Shown piece by piece: positions 54,096 through 64,000 of a stretch of DNA of 64,000 nt. Both the position numbers and the translations under genes were made by a program. The stretch's first letter is position 1. Every line of letters begins with the position of its first letter. The DNA lies in assembly GCF_009914755.1 (NCBI RefSeq), contig NC_060935.1; one strand, 5' to 3'. This DNA comes from the human T2T-CHM13v2.0 reference genome, Homo sapiens. The notes beneath the pieces are model-generated. The model saw nothing but the letters and a program-made list of their open reading frames with translations, was not told the origin of the DNA and did no database searches.

Positions 54096-55195
54096 ATTGC
54101 TGCCACCATGTGATCTTGATCTGTCCTTTTCCACCATCCGTCATGCCTCGCCGTGTGCCACCCGCACCATTTAAGTGTAAAACACACTCTCTTCTGAATG
54201 CTCCCAGCAACACTACAAGAAAAGTGCTAGCAGCGTTGGCCTCTGCTGTACAGGTGAAGAAGCTCAGGTGCACACCAGCGATCTGTGCCAGTGTCCAAGC
54301 TCTGGGCACTGCCTTGTGGCCGTGCTAAGTGCCTTCTTCCTTCCAACAAACTGCTTTGGCTCACTCAACAGCTATTTGCAAGCAGCAGCTCCTCCCTCTA
54401 CCCCAGGGGCCAGGAAGCTCAGCGCTTCTCCCAGCCTCCCTCCAGGAGTGCCTAGGTCCTGGCCAATGAGACAGGAGCAGGCGCCTGCCAGGAGGGGCTT
54501 CCTTTCCCCAAACCAAACCTCCCCAGAGCCTGAAGCTTTTCAGCCCTTCCTTCTTCCCTGTCTGGAATGTGGAAGTGGCTCTACATCTATGCTGCCCCCA
54601 GAGCATGCTGAGGACACGGAGGAGAAGGAGAGAAAGAGCCACATGCCCAGATCACCGTGGCGCAGCTATGCCCACCTGGCCCCTGCAGCCTGGCCCCTGA
54701 TGTCTGTTGGGTGAGATGAGTAAAGCCCTGTGTGTTTAGGCAACGGTTTCTGTTTCTCCCAGCCAGGCAGGGTCCTAACTGCAAGGCCTTATCTTGTTTA
54801 GCCACAAAGAGCCCCATGAGACAGGCACTGTCATTATAATAATCACTTATCAGATGTGGAAATCGAGGCACCGGAAGGTTAAATGGTATTCCTCTATAAC
54901 ACAATCAGCAACTGATGGAGCTGGTGATTACATTAATATCTTAACATTTCTGCAGTATTGCACACAGAGACTCCACGAGAGGACTCGACCCAGGAGAAAA
55001 TCAGGTGTGATCTGATCATTTCCAAGGTCACCTGGCTGCTGAACATCAGAGCTGGGATCCAAACCCAGGTCCTCCTGGCTCTGAGAGTCAAGGTCACCCC
55101 ATGGCCTCTGGCTACATCCTCCCTACGGCATTTTTCTTCCTTCCTTTTTTTTTTCTTTTGCAAAAGATTGGTTTTACCTGTAGCATTTCTGTCTT

Positions 55196-55487
<292 letters not shown>

Positions 55488-56379
55488 TAACATTTTTGAA
55501 AGGATAAATCTCAGAGGTGAGTGGTGCCCTGTAGATAATATTTTTTACAATGCTACACTTGAGAATTATCCGGGAATGTGGGAAAAACCTGGAATCCTAG
55601 GTTCTTGGAGGAAGGACCCTCATTGGAGAATGGGACGGGCTGTGCCCAGGGTCACCCAGCCGGGAAGGGAGGATGCTCAGCTCTGCCCTGCTGCCCTCCC
55701 GCCACTGGGCTCCTTTGCCTGCTTTGTAAGCTCGGTGGATGCCTCCCACCCTGGGCACCCAGTGCCTATGGGGAGGGCAGTGTGGACTTCTCTTTTGCCC
55801 ACACTAGCCCTTCTTGCAGCTCTCGGGCCAAGCCAGGCTGGGGACACCGTAGGAGGGGAGGCTACACTCAGTCTCTGGTGATGCTTCCCAATTACCACCC
55901 TCCCAAATTGGCTGGACAAATGAATCAAGCTGTTGGCTGTCACTGAGTTGGTTTCTACTCTATAGTAATTAGAATGTTTTAAAAAAAATCAGCCCAGGAG
56001 CTCAGTGGAAGCATGTATACCAATACATCGAGCCAAACTCACAGTTTAAATGGAAATTAGAGTAAATGGATGAATCTGTGCCTGATTTGCATTTGCTGAT
56101 GAGCTCGGCTGGGAGTGTCCATGCCGAAGCAGGCTCCGTTTCCAGAATGGCTCTCTCTCCTCTATCTGTCCAGAAGGATGCCTGGCGAATGTGACCCACA
56201 TGCCCCTGGACCCGGCAGCCCAGGGCTGGAGTCGCCAGTGGGGAGGAGGGGTGGGGTATTGTGGCCAGACTCCAAAAGACTTGTCCACGGCTGAGCTAAT
56301 CCGGCCTGGGCCCAGAGGGGAGCAGAGCCTGCCTCTGGCTGTGGACAGGGCGTCTGGAGGGGCCTCACTCTGTGTACCC

Positions 56380-56504
56380 CTGCCCCCTATGCCTGCCCCT
56401 CCAACACCCACTGCCTAACCCCAAAACTGTCTTAGGGCTCTGCCCCCCATGCCTGCCCCTCCAACACCCGCTGCCTAACCCCACAGAACATCCTGTCTTA
56501 GGGC
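56380..56504. repeat. About 60-bp imperfect tandem duplication
   Basis: ctgccccc.atgcctgcccctccaacaccc.ctgcctaacccca..ctgtcttagggc x2. Confidence 0.9.
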
Positions 56505-58035
56505 CCTCTTTGTGGTCGGCCTCTTTCCCCGGCCAATCAGAGCACCTCGAAGAAGGCCGATGATAATCAGAGCCACCATTCTCAGAGCAAACATCCCAAG
56601 CATCTCCTGGCACGAGGTGCTCAACACTGCTCCCGGCCAGGCTTTGTTACCCCCAAGAGAGGGCCCAGGAGGGGGCCATGTCCAAGGGCACGCAGCAGAG
56701 CCTGGATTTAAATCTAGGAATGGGTGGGGGCGGGAGGATTCTTTTTAGCTTTATAATCTTTTTTAAGGATGCCGGCAGCTGAGGCTTCGGAAATAGGACA
56801 TCTAGAAAAAAGACCTGTTGAGCTCAAGGAAACCGCCCTGATCGTGTGGGAAGACAGCTGCTTCTTTATTGCTCGGGTTTCGGTGCTGGGACCTTGGCCA
56901 ACCGAAGTTCTTGGTCAAGGGGACCCATCTCCATCAGGGTGCCTTCTTGGGGAGGATGAGGTGGGTCCCACTGGTGCTAACAAAGACCACCCGCCCTCCG
57001 CCCCTGGCCATGACCTTAGCAAGCCAGGGCCAGATGCTCAGGGCTCATTCCCTGCCACTCACCAACACGGGGCACCCCCAAAAGATTCTACACGTCGCTG
57101 ACAAAACCCAGAGTTGCCAGGCGGGTGAAGACCAGCGGGGAGACTGGGCAGGGGTCACCGTAGTCTCGACAGCTCATGGCTCACATGGATCTCTTCAACC
57201 GCAAAGCAACATCTGGGAGGGATGCTCCTCGGTGGCAGGCGCCTCACATCTCACTGGACCGGGTCCCGGAGCCCCCCCCCGCCCAACTGGACCCCTCCCA
57301 GCCTGGCCATTCCTGCTCTCCTCGGCCTTTGTGGGCAAGAGGGAGCAGTTGGTGAGAAGCTACTGGAGAAGCTGATATAAACCATTATGCAGCCTGCAAA
57401 CGCACAGGGTGTTTCTCCCTCTCCACCGTTACCACGCGGAAGGAGCACACCGTCCACTTGGTTAAAACAACAACGGAAATCCACCCAGCCATGCTGTCTT
57501 TGGAGAAAGGCAGGCTGCACTCGGGAGCAGGCACGCTGCCCCAGGCCAGCCTTGCGGGGACTTTCAATACAGTTTGTCGGGTTAGGAAAGAACACGCCAG
57601 AAAATGAACAAGCCACATCTGTAGCCACAGCACCTCATCATGCAACCGACCTCCCTTTGAGGTTAACCACAATGCTTACTAGGAAGAGATGTATGAATTT
57701 GTCTTAAAAACCCACTAGCCGCTCAAAGGGACCCTTGAGACTATAAACAGGATCCCTGGGATTCTGGATGCAACTGAGAAGCCTGTTTCCTCCCGAATGA
57801 TCTGAGGCTATATCTTTATTTCCATTCTAAATCAGAAGCAGGCGAAAGCCGTGATGGAAACAATAGCCTCGGGGCGCCCAGCAAGCAGGACACAGTCCCC
57901 CTAAAACACACCAAGTGCAAAGCCATTGCCACCCTGTCTCACCAAGCGCCGGCAGGACTGCCCAAGTCCCACGGTCCTCCCGTCCCCGCAGCTCTCGTAA
58001 AGAACAAAGGCTCCGCACACCAGCCCACAGCGTAC

Positions 58036-58102
58036 CTCCAAAATGAACTTTCTTCTTGAACCGTGAATTCTCGGCCATCCTTTCTAACCTGGGTGTGACC
58101 AT
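58036..58102 (-). CDS. SHANK2: Candidate alternative first coding exon of SHANK2: MVTPRLERMAENSRFKKKVHFG, splicing to the exon at 39142
   Basis: Two in-frame ATGs in strong Kozak context (GAGATGG at 58102, AGGATGG at 58078); in-frame TGA upstream at 58160-58162; donor TTTGGAG|gtacgc in phase 1, which regenerates the GAA (Glu) codon with the 39142 acceptor. No transcript evidence available to me. Confidence 0.6.
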
Positions 58103-58169
58103 CTCACTCGGACCACTGCTCCTCGGGGTCTCCACGGAGACTGAGTCCGTGGGGCGGCCTCATCTACTA

Positions 58170-58600
58170 CTGCCTGTTAATTCAACAGGAAAAAAAAAAA
58201 AGTTGCAGCCCTCTGGGGGCAGAATTGAAGAAGAAAAGAAAAAAAAAATCAGATGAAGAAGAAAGATGGCTCCGGGAATGTTTCATCCATGAGGAAGTTC
58301 ACAAATTTGACTTCTGGGGACTGAACATCCAAATCAGCTGAAAATTCGCTTCTTTGACACAAGTTGTAAGCCCCAGACTGGAGCCGCGTCCTTCCACTTC
58401 CCACTGTACCAGGGACTTTTTTTTCCCCTAGTGCCAGTTTCCATGGCAATGCATCAGTCACTAGTCTAAATAAGTACGGGTGAAGGACGCCTGAAAAACC
58501 AGTGCAATTACGCATGCCATTAGCAGGGAGAGGCAGTGATTCAACCCGGCTATTAGGATGGGCCGGAGGTGTCACTTAGAGGCGGCGGCTGTCCTCGTCC
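58170..58600 (-). promoter_or_regulatory. Putative promoter/5' leader for the candidate 58 kb first exon, including an RFX X-box-like site at 58437-58450
   Basis: Repeat-free, CpG-enriched stretch; GTTTCCATGGCAAT versus the X-box consensus GTTNCCATGGNAAC. Confidence 0.4.
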
Positions 58601-61077
58601 CCAGTAATTGCTTTCTCATTTTGCAAGGCTTGGTGTTTCCTCGGTCTTGGCCGTTCAGAGCCCTGCTTTCTGTGAAGGGGCAGCCGGGCAGCCAAGCCCG
58701 TTTTGGCTACACAGACGCCCTGAGCCTACGCTGGAGGGAAGGAACTGCGCCTCGGTGGAGGTGGCCCTGGCCCAAGGCGTGCACTGTGCCTTCCTCTGGG
58801 CAGTGGGTCCTTAGCGGGGCTTGGGGCATCAGGAGGCAAGGAGGGATTTGGGGAAAAATCCATGGACATGCTGCAGATTCCATCTGCAAGGTCACGGCCA
58901 GCAGTCCACCCTGTATCAGGGTCAGGGCACAGGGCTGGGGGCTGAGCCTCCTTCCAAATACCTGCAAGGACTTCTCGGCTTTCAAATACTTCCCAATCGG
59001 TACGTCCCGTGAGAAGGCGAATGTCACAGCAGGGCAGGGAGGGAGTGCTCCTCCCTTTTTGATAGAGCTCATTCTCTTTTTTTTTTTTTGAATTGCTGGC
59101 CTGAATGTCCATCATGGCCCGGGACAGAAGCCCTCACCTTCCTGAGCTGCAGGCTTTCAGTGGGTTAGAAAACGGATTAGAAGGGGTTGGGGATACTCAA
59201 TGGATGTCCTTCATCCCCCTGGAGAGGCAGAGTGTATGGCAGGGAGGCAGCCTGGACTGAATCCCACTTTGCCGGTCACTGGCGCTATGAGCTTGGGCTT
59301 GTTTCCAGTTATCTTGATTTGTCAGCTGGGGATAATCACGAATTATCGGTAAGATGGAAATCAGGGTCATGAGAATACAATGAATTAAAGAAGGGTGCCT
59401 GGCATACAGTAGGCACGCAAGGAAGATCAGCTTTGTTCCTGTTCTTACGTTCACTGCCCATGTGAAGAGCACGTCAGGTGCCATCACCTGCAAGCTCGCC
59501 GTGGCGCAGTGAACGCTGCCTGGGGTTCCAGATAGCGTGGGGTGTAACTCACTCCTTTGATTCCCGTTAGCCCACCCACGTTGGAATAGACACTTTGTGA
59601 CGGTTCAAATAGACACTTTGTAACAGTTCAAAGATGAGAAGCGTGGACCTGGAGAAGGTTAGCGACTGGCTCAAAGTCACACAGCCAGGTAAGGGTGGAC
59701 TTGGGGCTAGAACCCAGCGCTGTGCCCACCCACTATCCATGCCTGCTGCCCCAGCACTCCTGGGGACATGGACGTCATGGTGCTGTGTGCATGGGCACCC
59801 AGTGGGTTGCTGGGGATGAGGATGGAGCTGGGCTTCACTCTCATGGGTGGCCTGGCAGATGCTGAACCTAACCCTAATCCTGCCCGCATGCAGCATGGTG
59901 GAGGGGTGCAGAACCCTGACCTACGTGGGATCCTGGTTTCTGTGGCCCTTTCCTTCTGCCCGTGGTCTGATGTGATCTATGGGCAAATCGGAGGGTCATA
60001 AAAATAGCCCTACCTGGCACGCCAGGGGCCCAGGGGGCTGCTGCTGCTCACTGGGATTTCAGTGGGAGGCAGAAGCTGCGGAGACAGGAGGTAAAAATAG
60101 CAAGGGTTTCCACAACAGCCCCGCGCTCCCCTGCTCCAGCATTTGACACGGCAGCACACGAGATCCTCTTGTCCCACTGCGCTGGAATCTTAAAGGTTCC
60201 TGTCCTTGGAGACACCCTATCTTGCCAGGAAAATGAGGAGCTCGCAGCTGCACACAGCAGAGGCTCCACCTTCCCTGAAGTCCTTAAATCCCCCACATCA
60301 GGCTGACTAGGAAGGCCAGAAGTGGGTGAGGGCTGAGCTTCAAAGCAAAAGGGTTGGTCCCTTCCCAGTGGGTGACCCCAGGCAGGTTCCTCAACCTCTC
60401 TGAGATTCAGCTTCTGCATCAAGAATAAGCAGGCAGACCAGAACAGCTCCTGCTGGAAGGCAGAGCCAGAACCATCGGACCGCTGGAACCAGCTCCATGA
60501 GGGCAGGGTCCACGTTGCCCCTGGACACAGCTGCACCCCCAGGGCCTGGTACCTGGGAGATGCCCATAAACACCGACTACCTGCACACACGTGCTTATAA
60601 ACTGTAGAGTACTGTACAAAGTGCCACGGTCATTTCTGATGTAGGGGTCATCACCTCGTCTAACTGGTTTATCACAAAATGGATGTGATCCAGGGACATC
60701 TCCAGAGGCTACAGAGAATGAGCCTGGGGTCTGGTGTCCACAGCCCCCGCCTGTCAATCTGCTCCCTGATGCCATGGGTGATGGGACTGGAGGAATGTCC
60801 CTGGCATTCTTGGCCCTGTGACTCCTTCGTTGGTGAAAAAGTGGGGATGGAGAAAGTGCCAGCTCCCAGGGGGCCATGAGGAGAACCCATGAGGGTGTGT
60901 GGAAAGTGTCTCAGTTGAAATCCACTCATCCGTCACACCCCCATGGCAGGGAGGCCCTAAGAGGTCCCCAGGAGGGAGGGCTGGAGATAGAGTTGTTTAC
61001 GCTGTTCTTGGCCCAACACCAGTCTCTAATTACCCAGAAACATGCAGGAATGACAGGTGGGACTGATAGCTGTGTGT

Positions 61078-61276
61078 TCTTGCGGTATACATGTGCTGAC
61101 ACACGTGAACACGCATGTGAACATACACACACATTCATGTAGCACACCGGCATGCACAATGCACACGTGTGCATGCACATATATACACACATGCTCACAT
61201 ACATGCAAACACATCTTCACACACACGTACATGTATGCACACCCATGCATGCACACATACACATCTGTACACACAT
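61078..61276. repeat. Degenerate (CA/TG/TA) alternating purine-pyrimidine low-complexity tract
   Basis: acacacgtgaacacgcatgtgaacatacacacac... over about 200 bp. Confidence 0.85.
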
Positions 61277-63459
61277 GTTGGGGAGGAACAGAGGAGAGAC
61301 TGGGAATTGGGAATTCTTTTCTTTGGAAAAATAATCTCAAGGCTTTCTTTCCCTCTGGAACCCAAAGGAGTCCAGTCCTCATTCCCCCAGTGACCTGAGC
61401 CCGGGCTTCCGTGTGCCAGGCAGGCCTGAGGTGAGATCCCTGACTGACCGGCAGTCCGGGCACCTTCTCTCTGTGCCCCTCCCTTTCCTCCAGTTAACAC
61501 CTGGACATCTCTCCACCGACGTCTAGGGAGACAAAGGTCTCCCTGGCACGCTCTGCTGCTCCTTCCCGAAAGAGGCAAGCAGCTCTTGAGTTTCATTTCA
61601 GGCGCATCACACCTAGTGGGGCTGTGAGGGTTTCCCTCAGGGACTGCAGCCGCTCCTGGGCACACTCTGAGGCTTCCTCCGCAGTGTCTCACATGGGCAT
61701 GCCTGAAGGTCGGTTCTCAATGAACTCTTGCCCATTTGGATTTAATACATGAGTCAGGATTAAATGCAGGGGTCAGAGATGCCAACATCTTGGGGCAGGC
61801 CGTGTGTACAGGAGCTGGTGCTCCACCACAGGGAATTGTAGGGGCTGGGCTCCACTGAATATTGGAGGTGTGTACACCCCACTGTTGGGGAAGGCCTGTT
61901 CTTTCTGAGGCCAGCTGTGAGTGGGGCTGGGCTCAGGGCACCACTTTGTGAGCAGCGTTCTTACTGAGGCAGTTCTGCCCCCAGGGTGTGGTCTGGAGGT
62001 TCGTGGGCCAGCTAGTGCTGTCCCAGTGCTGGGGAGGTACCACTGGCATGCCACAGGCAGGGCTGGGATGTGGGACCGTCAGCAGCCAGTTACCCTGCAT
62101 GCAGGACTTCCAAAGGTCCCACCCAACCCTAGACAGGTGCAGTGTCTTTTCCTAACCATCTGAGCTCAGAGCCTAAACTCTTTTCGCAAGAAGCACAGCG
62201 TGTTTTGAGCACGGCTTGAATACATACAATTCTTCAGGAATGCCAATGACTTCAACATCAAGGGAAGAATGTCCTTTGTTTAGCTGAGGCTTTGAAAGAA
62301 CTGCTCACCAATTCCCCCAAATGATGCCACTGGTGGCAGGGCCCGTCGAGGTGTGAGTGCACCTCATGTGGCACTCAAGGTGACTGCAGGATCATCCATC
62401 CCATCCTTTGTTTTCCCGTCCAGTGGCACCCAAGTGCATGGATCTGGAAATCATCTTCCCGCTTTGTCATGCCATCCTCTCCTCTGTCCTCACTGTCACT
62501 GCTGGGATGTGTGCTGTCTCTTGGTACTCAGCCCCATTCCTGCCCTTCAGTGCTCTCAGGGGCTAAGTATGCACACTGCATTTCCCACTCTCTTGCCAGG
62601 GCAGCAGTCAGGCTCTGCTGATGGGAGGCATTTGTGCAAAGTTGGCCTTAGTGGCTGGCACAGGTGGCCACTGAGGAATGTCAATAGGATGCTCCTCACG
62701 CTCTCAGCAATACCTCTTGGTTCTTTTTACTCCTGTAACCCTAAGGGACATGAAGGCTTCCTGCAGTGACCAATCTCTGGGTGACATCACCTGTCCCTTT
62801 CTGCTCCTCCAGCCTTTCCAACAGTTTTGGAAACAATTTCCTGATTCAATCCCCTCTGTTTGAAATACCTACATAGGCGATTGTTTTTTCTGACTGCATG
62901 GATTCATAAAAGGTATTAGCTTGAGTTTTTTGAAATTACGTATATTGTTAATTTTATTCTATAAGAATTTCATTTAAAGATAACAAGGGGAATCCTTGCA
63001 CATCATTGTTTGAAAAAATGGGTGCAATGTGTCTATTAGAGGTGAGAACCACAGAGCAAAAATGAGAGATGGTTTCTTAAAGGGTTGAGGATGGTGGAGC
63101 TAGGAATAAAGGTCAAAACCACTACCTCCTAACATAGTGTACCTCGAAGGCTGCTGGTGACTTAACCTGGAGACTTATTAAAAGAATCTCTTAGCTTAAA
63201 AGCAGGACTTACGACTTATGAGAAGTGGCAGGAGAATAATGTGCTCAGAAAGATTCTAAGCCTCCTGAAAAAGAGGGTTTTGAAATAACCAAATGCTTTC
63301 AAAAGAAACCTACTTTGTTAGATAAAAATCTCACTGTTAATAATGAATAAGCCTCAGTTTTAACTTTTCTGCCTGGTCCCTCATCTCCTTACCTTTATGG
63401 GACTTTTTTACAAAGCACCGTCAGACCCCATGTGGGGCTAGAAATATGCTCATGGTCCT

Positions 63460-63668
63460 TGTGGTAGACAAACTCATAAGGTGGCCCTGGATTCTACCTT
63501 CTGGTCTTCAGGCCCTGATGTGATTCTCTCCCAATGAGCATGGGTTGGGTCTCAGACTTGCTTCTTCCAAGTAGAATACAGCAAAGGGGACAAGATATAC
63601 ATGACTTCATGCACATGATTATAGGATTATACGATTATATTAGATAGTAGCAATTTTCTTGCTGGAGG

Positions 63669-63707
<39 letters not shown>

Positions 63708-64000
63708 GCCTGATGAAGCAAGCAGTTGCCTTGGGGAACCCCATCTAGCAAGGAGACACAGGTGGCCTCTGGTTGCTGAGAGCAGTCTCCAGCCCCCAGC
63801 CAGCAATGAAGCCCTTACTGATAAAAATACAAGGAACTGAATTTCTGCCAACAACCTGTGAGAGCTTGGAAGTGGACCCTTCCCCATTGAACCTCCAGAT
63901 GAGAATGCAGCCCAACTCACAGGCTGAGTGAAGCCTTGCAGAAGGCTCAGCTAAAGCATGCCTCTCTCCTAACCCAAAGACACCATGAGAGAGTAAATGC
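63460..64000 (+). mobile_element. MaLR LTR (MLT1F/G-like) with internal (CT)n at about 63675-63703; runs off the window edge
   Basis: tgtggtagac..taaggtggccc..gacttgcttct..tagaatacagcaaaggg..aaggaactgaatttctgccaacaacc.gtgagagcttggaagtgga..cctccagatgagaatgcagccc. Confidence 0.82.

Noticed and set aside
57827-58035. Continuation of the 102-aa ORF beyond VHFG (GTLWAGVRS...)
   Set aside because: It begins exactly at the gtacgc donor and has no recognisable protein character; interpreted as intron. The track's start at 58135 is a GTG, not an ATG.

Overview
Primate (very probably human) genomic DNA from inside SHANK2 (postsynaptic scaffold, ProSAP1/CortBP1), transcribed from the minus strand. Three canonical GT-AG coding exons (39067-39142, 1973-2055, 237-361) splice in phase to give ...ETRADRSKKLFRHYTVGSYDSFDTS-SDCIIEEKTVVLQKKDNEGFGFVLRGAK-ADTPIEEF...GDFLIE, which is the post-SH3 linker and the first part of the PDZ domain. 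A CpG island at about 2.0-2.9 kb marks the internal promoter of a short isoform beginning MMMNVPGGG, whose unique N-terminus is encoded by the splice-acceptor region of the long isoforms. The rest is intron with Alu, MaLR/ERVL LTRs, L1/L2/MIR, MER58, a Y3 RNA retrocopy and simple repeats. The best lead is a candidate alternative first coding exon at about 58.0-58.2 kb (minus strand). Its donor is in the right phase to join the 39142 acceptor, giving a SHANK2 N-terminus MVTPRLERMAENSRFKKKVHFG-ETRADR that carries a PP1-docking RVxF motif, with a uORF and an RFX-like box upstream. Almost all ORFs in the supplied track are spurious. Repeat boundaries and subfamily names were judged by eye and are approximate.
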